From assembly GCF_009914755.1 (NCBI RefSeq), contig NC_060944.1: a stretch of DNA of 64,000 nucleotides. One strand, given 5' to 3'. Every line of letters begins with the position of its first letter. Positions within the stretch are counted from its first letter, which is position 1. The position numbers were made by a program, and so were the translations under genes. Below are positions 39,262-52,990 of the stretch, piece by piece. The notes beneath the pieces are model-generated. The model was not told where the DNA came from, did not search any database, and saw only the letters and a list, made by a program, of their open reading frames with translations. This DNA is from the human T2T-CHM13v2.0 reference genome, Homo sapiens.

Positions 39262-40909
39262 TGTGTCCGGAATTGGTGGGTTCTTGGTCTCACTGACTTC
39301 AAGAATGAAGCCGCGGACCCTCGCGGTGAGTGTTACAGCTCTTAAGGTGGCGCGTCTGGAGTCTGTCCCTTCTGATGTTCAGATGTGTTCGGAGTTTCTT
39401 CCTTCTGGTGGGTTCGTGGTCTCACTGGCTCAGTAGTGAAGCTGCAGACCTTCGCGGTGAGTGTTACAGCTCTTAAGGCAGCGCGTCTGGAGTTGTTCGT
39501 TCCTCCCAGTGGCCTCGTGGTCTCTCTGGGCTCAGGAGTGAAGCTGCAGACCTTCGGGGTGAGTGTTACAGCTCTTAAGGCAGCGCATCTGGAGTTGTTC
39601 ATTCCTCCCGGTGGGTTTGTGGTCTCGCTGGGCTCAGAGGTGAAGCTGCAGATCTTCGTGGTGAGTGTTACAGCTCATAAAAGCATCATGGACCCAAAGA
39701 GTGAGCAGAAGCAAGATTTATTGCAAAGAGCAAAAGAACAAAGCTTCCACAGTGTGGAAGGGGACCCGAGCGAGTTGCCACTGCTGGCGCCGCAGCCTGC
39801 TTTTATTCTCTTATCTGGCCCCACCCACATCCTGCAGATTGGTAGGGCCCGAGTGGCCTGTTTTGACAGGGCGCTGATTGGTGCGTTTACAATCCCTGAG
39901 CTAGATACAAAGGTTCTCCACGTCCCCATCAGATTAGTTAGATAAAGAGTTTCGACACACAGGTTCTCCAAGGCCCCACCAGAGCAGCTAGATACAGTGT
40001 GGATTGGTGCACTCACAAACCTTGAGCTAAACACAGGGTGCTGATTGGTGTGTTTACAAACCTTGAGCTAGATACAGAGTGCCGATTGGTGTATTTACAA
40101 TCCCTGAGCTAGACATAAAGGTTCTCCAAGGCCCCGCTAGAGCAGCTAGATACAGAGTGTCGATTGGTGCACTCACAAACCTTGAGCTAAACACAGGGTG
40201 TTGATTGGTGTATTTACAATCCCTGAACTAGACATAAAGACTCTCCACGTCCCCACCAGACTCAGGAGCCCAGCTGGCTTCACGTAGTGGATCCCACACC
40301 GGGGCTGCAGGTGGAGCTGCCTGCCAGTCCCACACCATGCGCTCGCACTCCTCAGCCCTTGGGTGGTCGATGGGACTGGGCGCCCTGGAGCAGGGGTGGT
40401 GCTCGTCGGGGAGGCTGGGGCCGCACAGGAGCCCATGGAGTGGGTGGGAGGCTCAGGCATGGGGGGCTGCAGGTCCCCAGCCCTGCCCCGCGGGAAGGCA
40501 GCTAAGGCTCGGTGAGAAATCGAGCACAGCGCCGGTGGGCTGGCACTGCTGGGGGACCCAGTACACCCTCCGCAGCCACTGGCCCGGGTGCTAAGTCCCT
40601 CATTGCCCGGGGCCAGCAGGGCTGGCCGGCTGCTCCGAGTGCGGGGCCCTCCAAGCCCACGTCCACCCGGAACTCCAGCTGGCCCGCAAGAGCCGCATGC
40701 AGCCCCAGTTCCCGCTCACGCCTCTCCCTCCACACCTCCCTGCAAGCTGAGGGAGTGGGCTCCAGCCTTGGCCAGCCCAGAAAGGGGCTTCCACAGTGCA
40801 GTGGTGGGCTGAAGGGCCCCTCAAGTGCCACCAAAGTGGGAGCCCAGGCAGAGGAGGTGCCAAGAGCAAGCGAGGGCTCTGAGGACTGCCAGCATGCTGT
40901 CACCTCTCA
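39262..40909 (-). mobile_element. LTR12C (HERV9) solo LTR
   Basis: Minus-strand termini 'tgagaggtgacagcatgctggcagtcc' and 'ccaccaattccggacaca'; exact TSD GTAT (39258-39261, 40910-40913); ~90-bp tandem U5 repeats. Confidence 0.96.
39795..40215 (-). promoter_or_regulatory. LTR12C promoter/enhancer: CCAAT (NF-Y) array and TATA-like box
   Basis: Seven GATTGGT copies (~39837, 39876, 40002, 40043, 40085, 40162, 40203); minus-strand 'gagaataaaagca' at ~39800. Confidence 0.75.
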
Positions 40910-43128
40910 GTATCTCAAAGTTAGAGGTCAGAAAAGACCATTTTGAAGCTGAAATTTGATTTTGGGAAGTCTAACAAATATATTAAATGTTTAAAATATT
41001 TGATATAAAATAGAATTCCAGGTCACCATAAGTCATTCATTTAGCCAAAATGATGACTTAAAAATTTTTTTAAGCAAAAAAACTTTACTCATTGATAGAG
41101 GGAAGACTTAGCTTTCCAAACAATCTGTCTCTTGTCTTTCCCTTCCTTTTTTGGTAGTTTATTCAAAAGGCAAACAAAAACCTTTCATTATCCTTTAATA
41201 TTACATGAAAGTCTTTTTCAAGATAGAAAGCCAAATTTCACCCTTGCATTAGTGTACTATTAATGTTAACTCCAATCTTTAATAAAACCTTATAGACAAA
41301 TTTATCCAATCTTAATGTGTTTGACCCTAAGGTAAGATTCTCATAAACCTTTTATAACCCTTTACAAATTTTTGCTAAGGAGCAGATCAGTGTTCTAGGA
41401 AAAAGTCTGTTGTACCTTTATTCCATTGTTCAATTTCCAGATAAACTGAATAAAACCCTTTTGATTTTAGCCAATATATTAACACATATAATTTTTTACA
41501 AGATTTTTTTTTACAAATCTTTTACAACTTGCTCAAGTGTTTAGCTTTATTCTATCTCATTTAAAACAATCATTTAACCTTCTAACCTAGGCAAAAATTT
41601 ACATTCTTATGCCTTCTTATAATCTTTTCCTAAAGGTGCATTTCACTGTCCTTACACACCTTGCATGTAAAACTGTTTCTTCAGTAGTTTCAAGTATATG
41701 TTACACTGTTACCTCTCAGCAACTTTTGGTGAAAAATCTGGCTAGTTAGTGATTTTATTTAGGTACTAGGTGTGGAGCCTAGGGCACCAGACAGAAGTGC
41801 AGATAAAAAGACTCTTTCCAGCATAGCAAGGGAGCATGGCTATCTCCACATGTTCCTAGGCCTTACTTAGCTGTAAAGTAGGCAACTTGAACAATTTTCA
41901 AAAGCCAAAGAAGCAGTTTATGACCTTAAAGCGTCTAGCAAACCTAGTACCTGACCTGCCTAATTTAGACCAAATGTCTTTATTTTACCAAAGATTACTG
42001 AGGTCACATGAACTAAAAGGTGTTACAGTTTTTTTCTTTCAAAATATTTAAGTGCTTATTTTTCTTTAAGCCAATTAATCAGAGTTCTTCTATATAAGCA
42101 CCACACACACAACACATATGTAACTACACAGACAGACAGAAGAATATCTAATAATTGTAGGGCTTTTCATTTGCCAGTTTCTTAATTGGATTACTGGCTT
42201 CAGGGTGCATCCCTTCAAGGAACAGAGCCAGGAGAGCATGTAGTTCCTAGGGCCTAATAAGCAGGCACACCTGTAAGGCAAAAACAGTTCTCCAAAGTTA
42301 AGGGTCCCGTTTTTATTTTGCATCATGGATCATGGATCCCAAAAAAGAGGGAAATGCTATGGGAGAAGACAGTGCAATGCATTTTATTGCAAAGCAACCC
42401 AAATCCAATCAGCCCATTCTGTGATTAGCCCAAAACTCAAAACCTTTAGCTAACACAATGCAAAGCAGAACAGAGCTTTACATTTTTGAGAGAGATCCAT
42501 CCACTTTCAATTCCTGGGGTTTCTTGAGGAAAGCACGTTTTTCCCAGTACAGATCTATGGTGCTTCCTCTGTTTTTCCCAAGGAGTGCCAAGCTGTTAGA
42601 AGTTCTCTTAAGTCCTCTCCTATGTGCATCAAGAGTGGCAAGACAAAAACAGAGAAAAATAATTCAGTCAACTGAGAAAAAAAGAGAAAAAATCCCTTTT
42701 CCAGAAAAACAAGATTCAAGAAGAGAAAAAAACAAACCATAAAGGGCTTTTAAATATAGGTATAGCTTGGATATCAATTTTTAATTAAGCTGACTTTTAA
42801 CCATAGTACTCTTTAAAGAAAAAAAAAGTCCTTCTAAATTTCTTATTAACCCACTTTAGTCAGGCTAAACAGCTGGCTAATACTTCTGGCTTTTGAACTT
42901 TACCAAAAGTAACCTCACAGGTGAAACCAACAAGCCTCAACTAAGGTTATGACTTAACCTTGGCATACAAAGTATTTTCAAAAAGGTGGTAAGCAGTTTT
43001 TACAAAATGTAGAATTTTCAAAGGTAGCACAAAGAAAGAAAAATTCAAGAAGGAAAGCCAGAAGTTGTTCATGGAGAAGACAATCAACAAATGGCAAAGG
43101 TCACACAGATACCAACCAGCAGTACTTA

Positions 43129-43200
43129 TTCCCTAAGCCAGGATTGAACCCAGGCCATCACTGTAAAATGGCAAAGCCTTAGCTGCTGAGTTGTAACATT
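43129..43200 (-). pseudogene. tRNA-Glu-like degenerate sequence within the ERV internal region
   Basis: Minus strand 'gctaaggctttgccattttacagtgatggcctgggttcaatcctggcttagggaa' aligns to the tRNA-Glu 3' half (GGCCCGGGTTCGATTCCCGGTCAGGGAA). Confidence 0.55.
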
Positions 43201-44918
43201 AGGTAGTTTATATTGCTCTTCCCAGAAGAGTATAGAGCAGTCAATTTTGAGCTTGCAATGGTTTTTAAGTACTCAAAATAATTTTTAGAGCTAACTATGA
43301 CATAAACCTCAAAATTCTTCTTCCTTAGACGGCAGAGACCAAGAGAAAGTACTGTTACATGGTTACAAGATCAAGTTCGCAAGGACATAAACAAGATGGA
43401 GACCTCATCCCCTTTCTTCGTTTGTTTCAGGGATCTGTAACAAAGTTTATTACTGACCAGCTTGCTGGGCTATCTTGAACAGCAAGCTTATGGGGTCCTA
43501 AGCTCATGTTCTATTTTAAGGTACCTCTCTTCACGGCAGAATGACACAGAAAGACAAATTCACAGCACAAAGTTCACCAGATTCGTTACAGCTTAAGACT
43601 AGCCTCATGAATCCTTTTTCCTATTAATTAAAACTTTGCAAGAGATAGTGATTTTTACCATTCCCACATCCATTTTGCACAGTGAAGGAGTGAGAGAGAG
43701 AAGAATTGTCTGCGCTATCTAAGGTGAGGAGTTCAGGGGGGCCAGAGAAAGACCCACCCATTGCAGAGACACTGAATTAATAGTTCAGGTGGCAGCTGGT
43801 TGGTTGATAAAGAATCTTTTCCAGTCCCATCAGCTCTCAACTTTTCCCCTTTGGGGAGAAAAAGTTCTCCATGTTCCAAAGTCCTGTATATGCCTAATCC
43901 TGTCAGCCATAGCTGCCAGCAAAGAGTGCAAGGCAGATTAATCCAAAGAGAATAGTGGTTAAAATCCCATAGTGCCAAGTCCATTTTTGACCAAGAGGGA
44001 CTTTACTGCACCCCATCCCATCCTTTACCTAGGTAAAATGTACCCCATTGCTTACCCAAAGTCAGCCAATTGGTACTGCAGTCTATTTCCTTTGGAATGG
44101 GATAGCAACTTAGCTAAAAGGTTAGCAGATTTAATTTTTTTAAGTATATTAGTCACTTAAGCTTTTTATTTGCCTTTCACAAAGTCGTTAAATAAAAATG
44201 CCAAAATCTTTTTAGAAACTTCTGTGTATCAGTAAGTATTCCCAGATGAGACTAATTTGGAAGCCCTCATTTTCAAATGCACTTCAGTGCATTGTTGTTC
44301 ATTTGGAACATTCCACTGTAAGTTATCTTTAGTAAGATTTTGCCATTTCTGTAAGGCTTTGGTGCTTCCAGGGCCTAATACTTATTATTCATGTATAAGC
44401 CAGAAGGAACTCAGTTCTTCAGAAATTAAAGATTCCATTTTTATCTAAGATATTGGCTTTGCTCACAGGTTCCCTTGATTAACTTAGCCAGTGATTTTTC
44501 TTTTCCTACCTAAGTACTCACGAAAAATGAAACAAAGGGGTAAAACACAAAAATCCCCGTGAATTTCCAAAAGCCAAATTTTACACCCCCTACAACATTA
44601 CCATTTACTACCAGTACCTTTCTGACCCAGTCAGACCTAAGAGACCTGTAACTGGATTCAAGCCAGTTAATTAGTCAATCAAACCCACTCCTAGACCCAG
44701 TCCGGTTTCTGTCATGACTTCCAAACCGAGTTTGGGTCAGAAATTAGCTCAAAGAAACTCAGAGAACTCAAAGCACAAATCCATGGAGCTCTAAAACTCA
44801 AGAGAGAACTTACCATGATCCCCAGTGGCTCTGAGAGATCAATGGACACAAATGGATCCTGTTGGTACCTCACTTGTTCACTTAGCGCCCCTGGGGGTCG
44901 TTAGAAGTTCTACTTCAG

Positions 44919-44936
44919 ACCTTGCTTCTGACATCA
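44919..44936 (-). other. Primer-binding site, tRNA-Leu(CAA)-like
   Basis: Minus strand 'tgatgtcagaagcaagg' versus TGGTGTCAGAAGTGGGAT, 2 nt from the LTR end. Confidence 0.7.
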
Positions 44937-44938
44937 TC

Positions 44939-45337
44939 TGATAAAAGAAAAACCTCAGCCAAATTAAATTTGAAGGAGTGCAATGGAGCAATGAACGACT
45001 CGCGAATTGGGCAGCCTTCTCTGACAGAGTAGGCTTGGAGGCTCCAGCACAGCCACATGGTGGAAGAAGATTTATGGACAGAAAAAGGAAAGTGACACAC
45101 AGAAAATGGAAGTGAGACACAGGAACAGCTGGATTGGTTACAGCTTGGTGTTTGCCTTATTTGAACATGGTTCAAACAGTTAGCTACATTTGATTGGTGA
45201 AAACTGGGTGACTGGCACGAGTGTAGGCTATGGTCTGTTTACAACTCCACTTGTTATAGTTCACGATGTACAGAGAAACTCTTAGACCAAACTTAAAATA
45301 CACAGGGAGGCAACTTTAGGCTAAACTTGATTTAACA
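44939..45337 (-). mobile_element. MER57 5' LTR
   Basis: Minus strand starts 'tgttaaatcaagtttagcctaaag' and ends 'ttttcttttatca'. Confidence 0.9.
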
Positions 45338-48087
45338 GGTCTAACTGATAACTGTTCAAGTATCAGCCAAGTATTTGATTGTGCGTGTTTATAAGAAAAA
45401 TGAACAACTGGAAAGATACAAAGAAAGGGATGGGAGAAAGGAATTAGGATTATTTTGTTATTACAAGGTGCCTACATTGTCTATGAAGTACTATGATCTT
45501 ATTTGAGAGTGGATTTGTAGTTTTTGTAAACTGCAAACTCTACAGCAACCACTAAAAAAGTACAACTTGTATACTAAGATAGGAGACAAAATGGAAAAAA
45601 TCAAATAGTTAAAACCACAAAAGGCAAAATAAAAAAAAGAGTGGAGGGCAAAAATTGGAAAAAAATTAAAAAGTCAACAAATAGAAAACAGTAATAAATA
45701 TGACACATAGTAATCCAACTATGTCAGCAATCATTTTGAATATCAGTGGCTTAAGTGCACCAGGTAAAACACATAGATTGTCAGAGTGAATAAAAAAACA
45801 AGACCCAACTACTTTCTACAAGAAACCTACTTTAAATTTAAAGACACATAAAGCAAATAGGTAAAGAAAAATATGCCATACTAACACTAATAAGAAAAGT
45901 GCAATCAGTTATATTAATTTCAGAGCAGATTTCAGAGTAAAACTTATCATGAATAAAGAGAGGCATTACTAAAGAATAAAGGTGTCAATGAATTCTCTAA
46001 GAAATAATAATCCTTAACATGTGTGCATTTAACAACAGAATGTCAAGACACATGAGGCAAAAACTGACATAACTCCAAGAAGGAAAAGATGAATCCACTT
46101 TTAGAGTTGCAGACTTCAATACTACTGTGAGAAATGGATAGAATCTTTAGGAAGAAATGCACTAAAGGCATAGTTGAGCTCCACAGCACCATGAGTCAAC
46201 TGGATATAATACTGCTTCATCCAACTGCATATAGACTATTTCATCCAACAACAGAATGCATGTCCTTCTGAAGCCCACATGAAACACTCACCAAGCTAGA
46301 CCACATTCTAAGCCATAAAATATTCCTTCACAAAATCAGAATAGAAATCATGTCATCTCTGCTCTCACACCAAAAAGGAATTGCACTGGAAAACAAAAAT
46401 GGGAAGATAGTTAGAAAATCTCAAAATATTTGCAGATTGAAGAACATACTTCTAAATACGTGTGTCATAGAAGAAATCTCAAGAGAAAATGAAAGATATT
46501 TTAAAATAAAATGAAAACACAACTTATTGAAATTCGTGTGATGCAGTGAAAGCAGTGCTTAGGGGAAATTTATAGTGTTGAATGCATATATCAGAAAAGA
46601 AGAAAGACCTAAAATCAATCATCTATGCTTCCCTCTTTGGAAATGAGAAAAAAAAAAGAGAGAGATAAAACTAAACCCAAACTAAGAAGAAATACTGAAA
46701 ATTGTAAATATTAGAGCAGAAATCAAGGAAATTGAAAACAGAAATTCAACAGAGAACATCAATACAACTCAAAACAGTGTCTTTGAGATCAATAACATCA
46801 GTGAGGCAAACAAATAAAAAACAAGAAAGGATACAAATTTCTATATGTGAAATGAAGGAGGAGCCATCACTATAAATCCCACTGGCATTAAAAAGATTTT
46901 GAAAAAGAATACTATGAACAACTTTATGCCTAGGAAGTTGATAACTTAGATGAAATGGATCAATTCCTTGCAAGACATAAACTGCAAAAACTCAAATAAG
47001 AACAAATAGACAATCTAAATAGGCTGTATCTATTAATGAAATGAAATCAGTAATTAATAACCTTTGAAAGCAGAAAGCACCAGGCCCAGATGGGTTCACT
47101 GGTGAATTTTACCAAACATTTAAGGAAGAAAGTATACCAATTCTCTACAATCTCTTCGAGATCAAAGCAGTGACAATACTTCCTAACTCATTCTATGAGA
47201 CCAGCATTACATTAATACCAAAAGACATTACAAGAAAAGAGAGCTACAGACCAACATTGCATAACCATAGAAGCAAAACCTTGATAAACTATTAGTAAAT
47301 TTAATCCAACAATGTTTAAAAAGAATTGTACAGCGTAAGTAAGTGAGATTTATCTCAATATCAAAGTTTGTTTCAACATTTAAAAATCAATGAATGTAAT
47401 CCATCACATCAACAAGTTAAACAAGAAAAAATCCCATGATTACATCATTAGAGAAAAAACACGACAAAGTCCAACATCCATTCATGATAAAAACTCTCAT
47501 TAAACTAGGAATAGATGACAACTCCATCAATTGAATAAAGAATATCTACATAAGACCTACAACTAACATCACACTTAATGCTGATAAACTAGAAACTTTC
47601 CCACTAAGATCAGGAGCTTCTGGAACTAGTAAGTGATTCTATCAAGGTTGCAGGACACAAGGTTAGGATATACAACCACTTTCCCATATACCACTAATGA
47701 ACCAGTGGAATTTGAAATTGAAAGCACACTTTCACTCAGAAAATGAAACATTTAGGGATAAATCTGTCAAAATATGTACAAGGTCTATTTGAGGGAATCT
47801 ATAAAATTCTGATGAAAGAACCCAAAGAAGAACTAAATATATAGAGAGATATTGCATGCTCATGGATAGAAGACTCTATATTTTTAAGATGTCAGTTATT
47901 CCCAGGGTGATCTATAGATTCAATGCAATCCCAATTAAAAAAAAAAAACTCACCAAGTTATGACACAGAATAACCAACACAATATTGAAGGAGAAAGATT
48001 AGAGGACTGGTATGTCTGACTTCATGACTGACTACAAAGCTAAAATAATCAGAGGAAAGTGTGGTGTTGGTGAAAGAACAGACCACA

Positions 48088-48390
48088 GGGCGGGGCGTGG
48101 TGGCTCACACCTGTAATCCCAGCACTTTGGGAGGCCGAGGTGGGCAAATCGTGAAGTCAGGAGTTCAGGACCCGCCTGGCCAACATGATGAAACCCCGTC
48201 TCTACTAAAAATACAAAAATTAGCTGGGCCTGGTGGCATGCACCTGTAATCCCAGCTACTCAGGAGGCTGAGGCACGAGAATAGCTCGAACGTGGTAGCC
48301 GGAGGTTGCAGTGAGCCGAGATCGTGCCACTGCACTCCAGCCCAGGTGACAAAGTGAGACTCTATCTCAAAACAAAACAAAACAAAACAA
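48088..48390 (+). mobile_element. AluS (Sg-like), full length
   Basis: Dimeric Alu with (CAAAA)n tail. Confidence 0.95.
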
Positions 48391-51300
48391 AAGACAACCC
48401 ACAGATTGAGAGAAAATATAAGCAAAAGACACATCTGATAAGGGACTGCTATCCAAAATATACAAAGAACTCTATAAATGCAATAATAAGGAAACAGACA
48501 ACCCATTTAAAAAACAGACAAAACACCTGAACAGATACATCACCAAAGAGGATACACAGATGGTAAATAAGCACATGAAACGATGCTGCATATCATATGT
48601 TATCAGAGAATGCAAATTAAAACAACAATGAGGTACCATTACACACCTACTAGAATGACCAAAATCTAAACATGGACAACACTAAATCCTGGTGAGGAAG
48701 CAGAGCAACAGGAACTCTCATTCATTGCTGGTCTGAAGCCACTTTGAAAGATAGTTTGGCTGTTTCTTACAAAATTATACATATTCTTCTCACCATATAG
48801 TCAGTCATGCTCCTTGGTATTTACCCAATGGTATGAAAACTTGCACAGGTTCACACAAAGACCTATACATGGATGTTTATAGTAGCTTTATCGACAATTA
48901 CCAAAACGTGGAAACAACCAACATGTCTTTCAGTAGGTTAAGGGATAAATAAACTTTGGTACATTCAGACAATAGAATATTATTAAACTCCAAAAAGAAA
49001 TGAGGTATCAAGTCATGAAAAGATGTGGAAGAACCCTAAATGCATATTCCTAAGTGACAGAAGCCAATCTGAAAAGGCTACATACTATATGATTCCAACT
49101 ACGTGACATTCTGGAAAAGGCAAAACTATGAAAACAGTAAAAAGATCAGTGGTTGCCAGGGATTACAGGGGAGAAATGGGTGAATAAGCTGATACTAGGG
49201 AATATCTAGGGCAGTGAAAATAGTCTGTGTGATATTGTAATGGTGGATATATGTCACTATAAATGTGATCAAACCCATAAAATGTACAACACCAAGGGTG
49301 AACCTTAATGTAAACTATGGGCTTTGGGTGATAATGATTTGTCAATGCAGGCTCATCAATTATGACAAATGTAACACTCTGGTTCAGAATCTTGATAAGG
49401 GGGAAAGGGGACAGAAGGTCTATGGGAAATCTCTGGATCTTCTGCTCAATTTTGCTGTGAATCCAAACTTCTCTGAAATGTAGTCTTTTTTTCAAAAAAT
49501 ATTATACACCATGACCAAGTGGGATGTATTCCTGGAATGAATGCAAGAATGGTTCGATATGTACAATTTAATTAATATAATATACTATATTATGAGACTG
49601 AAGAAATAAGCCCACATGATATCACAACTGGTACAGAAAAAATGTTTAACAAAATTCAACACACTTTTATGATGAAAAAAACTATAAAAACTAGAAATGG
49701 AAGAAAACTAACTCAACATAACAAATACTATATATGAAAAGCCCACACTAACATCACACTCACTAGTGAAAGACTGTAATATTTTACTCGAATATCAGGA
49801 AGGAGATAAGGTTGCCTGCTATCGCCACTTCTATTTAATATAGTATTGAAAGTTTTAGGCAAGGAAAATAAATAAATGGCATCTAAATGTGAAAGGAAGT
49901 ACAACTGTTTCTGTTGCAGACTACCTAATTGCATATGTAGAAAACTGTAAATATTCCACAGAAAAATGTTAGAACTAATAAATCAATTTAGCAAAAATGT
50001 AGTAGCACAACTTTATATAAAATCAACATACAAAATTCAGTTATGTTTCTATGCACTACCAGTGAACAATCCAAAAGTGAAATTAAGAAAACAATTGCAT
50101 CCACAATAATATTGAAAATAATAAAATACTTAGGATTAAACACAAGGAGGCAAAGAGCTTGTACACTGAAAACAACTAAATGTTGCTGAAAGAAATTAAA
50201 GAAGACACAAACAAATGAAAAGACATTCCGTGTTCAAGAATTAGAAGACTCAATATTGTTAAAATGTTAATACTACCCAATCTACAGATTCAATGCAATC
50301 CCTATCAAAATTCCAGGGACATCTTTTGCAGAAAAATACTCCCAAGGGGTAGTACTAGTATGAAAACAGACCTATAGATGAATGGAATCGACTAGAGAGC
50401 TCAAAAATAAACCCTTGAATGTATGGTCAAATGATTTTTTACGAGGTTGCACAACTATTCAATGGAGAAAGGACAGTCTTTTCAACAAAAATTGCTAAAA
50501 TAAATGGGATATCCACCTGCAAAGGAAAGAAGTTGGAGCCTTAATTTATGACATACACAAAAGTTAGCTGAAATGGATCAAAGACTTAAATGTAGGAGAT
50601 GAATCTATAAAACTCTTAGAATGAAAACTTAGGAGAAAATCTTTATGACATTAAATTCAACAATGATTTATTGGGTGTGACACCGAAAGCACAATCAATG
50701 AAATAAAAAATTGATAAACTGGACTTCATCAAATGTTAAATATTTCATGCATCAATACACACTATTAACAGAGTAAAAAAGCAGCACACGGAATGGGAGA
50801 TTTTATTTGTAAATCCTATATCTGTTAAGGTATTAATGTCCAGAATAAATGAAAATACTCTACGTATCAACAACAAAAACAAACAACACAATTTAAAAAT
50901 TGGCAAAGGAATTAAATAATATTTCTCCAAAGATTATACAGATGATCAATAAGTACATGAAAAGATGGCTACTATCTCTAATCATTAGAGAAATCTAAAC
51001 TCAAACCACCATGTGAGACCAAAGAATAAAAAGTAATAACCGTTGGTAAGAATGTGAAGATGCTAGAACCTTTATTCATTGCCAGTGTGAATGTAAAATG
51101 GTGCAGCCACTGTGGAAACAGTATATTTTACCTTTAAAAATTAAACAGAATTACCATAGTATTCAGCAAGTCCACTTCTAGGTCTATACGTAAAAGAACT
51201 GTATACATACAATTACACAATAGAATACACAAAAGCAGGGTCTTGACCACATATCTGTATGCCCATGTTCATAGTAGCATTATTCATAAGAACCCAAAGG

Positions 51301-52169
51301 TGGAAACAACCTGGATGCCCATTTATGGATGAATGGATAAACTAAATGTGGAATATATGTATAACAGATTATTATACAGCCCCAAAAAGGAATAAATTTC
51401 TGATATACGCTGCAAGATGGATGATCTGTAAGGCATTATGCTAAGTGAAGTAAGCCAGACACAAAGACAAATATCGTATTTTTCCACTTATAGGAGGTAC
51501 TTAGAACAGTCAAACTCATACAGACAGAAAGTAGAATGGTGGTTAGCAGGGGCTCAGGGAGGCAAGAATGGGTTGTTGTTTAATGAGAGCAGAGCTTTGG
51601 TTTTGGAAGACTAGAAAGTTTAGTAATAGCAATGGTTACACGCCAATGTGAATGTGCTTAATGCCACTGAGAAGTAATCTTAAAAATGGTTAATCTGAAA
51701 AATTTTATGTTACGTATATTTTACCACAATAAAAACATAGATAATAGCATTTTTTTCACAAAACACAGGCAAATTTACTTGTAAACTAAAGATGGTTGAG
51801 CAAATGTTAGAGGAGAAGATATTTAAAGTAGATGTCCTCATGGCAAGGTCAGAATATCTTATCCTAACAGGTGGACCACAAGTTCTCACAGGGAAGGGGG
51901 AGGATCTCCCCCTTTGAGTGGCCAGCAGAAAGCTATAATTTCAATAACTCCCAGAAAATTCCTAGGGAAAGTGCTCTACCCTCATAGATCTCTCTTGGTT
52001 GAAACCTTTCATAGCCTACAGCAGGATATGGTAACACTCTTAGCTGAGGCCCTGAGTTCCACTTCCTGGAAAGGAAAAAAAGAAAAGAATGGACCATAGG
52101 AAGCCTTCTGTGTACCGTTAGTTCTCTCATACTCAGAATGGAATTTAGAAAAGATTCAGAAGCACAGTT

Positions 52170-52285
52170 ACGGGGCTAGCTCTGCCATTCCCTGGACATG
52201 CAATCATGCACAAATTACTCTGTGGCTTTGAGCCTCTGTTTTTCCATCTGTAAATGGGAATTATTGTAACATTCATTGCCGAGAC
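52170..52285 (+). mobile_element. MIR fragment
   Basis: 'tttgagcctctgtttttccatctgtaaatggg'. Confidence 0.65.
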
Positions 52286-52807
52286 TGTTTGAGTTAATAG
52301 CCTCGATTCCTCACCCCCTACAATTGCCCAGCTCCTGCTTCTGTGCTCATCCACTTTCTGGCCAATAGGATGCAAAGACTTGATATGTTTCCACATGTTC
52401 TGGCACTTCTCCACTTCTTCATGAGAATATATGTCAGCCGGTTGGAGAACGAGATCCTTTCTCTTCCCCATGAGAACTTGGGGTCCATCGTTAGAGGATA
52501 AGATTGTCCACCTTCCCATGAGAATTTGGGACATGGAGCCGGTCATTGCGGTGCAACCATCCTGCATATTAGCTGGCCATACATGTATGAGTCATCCCTT
52601 GAGGCCAGAAGTGCCTCATTGAAACCCAACTCTTGGTCAATATCACTGACCCTCAGACTCCTGAGCTCATGGCTGCTCCTTGTTTCAAGCCTCTCAGCTT
52701 TGGGGTGGTTTATTCTATGGCTTTGTCTTGACAATAAACACTGACCTCTGTGCCTCCACCCTGTGGGGCTTGTTGGACAATAAGTTCAATTAGGTCATAG
52801 ATGTGAA

Positions 52808-52990
52808 CACTTCTCAGGCTTCAGTGTGCTTGAGAATTAACTGTGGATCTTATTAAAACACAGATTGCTGGTCCTTTCCTGGAGATTCTAAGTCAGTAGG
52901 CTTGGGGATGGGACCTGAGAATTTGCATTTCTGACAGACTCTCAGGGGCTGATGTTGTTATGAGTTTAGAGACCACACTTTGAGGAGCAC
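52808..52990. mobile_element. MER5A DNA transposon
   Basis: 'cagattgctgg...gggacctgagaatttgcatttctgaca...gaccacactttgag'. Confidence 0.8.

Larger units (their letters stand above)
36882..44938 (-). mobile_element. MER57-type ERV1 internal region
   Basis: Adjacent to MER57 LTR; PBS at 44919-44936; integrase and env remnants; PPT at 36882-36893. Confidence 0.85.

Noticed and set aside
39233-40946. Cluster of ORFs and CpG-rich segment suggesting a gene start
   Set aside because: Entirely within LTR12C; GC richness explains the open frames.
43129-43200. Functional tRNA gene
   Set aside because: Acceptor stem, D arm and anticodon arm are degenerate.
52145-52567. 140-aa minus-strand ORF
   Set aside because: C-terminus is MIR-derived; no recognisable domain or exon structure.
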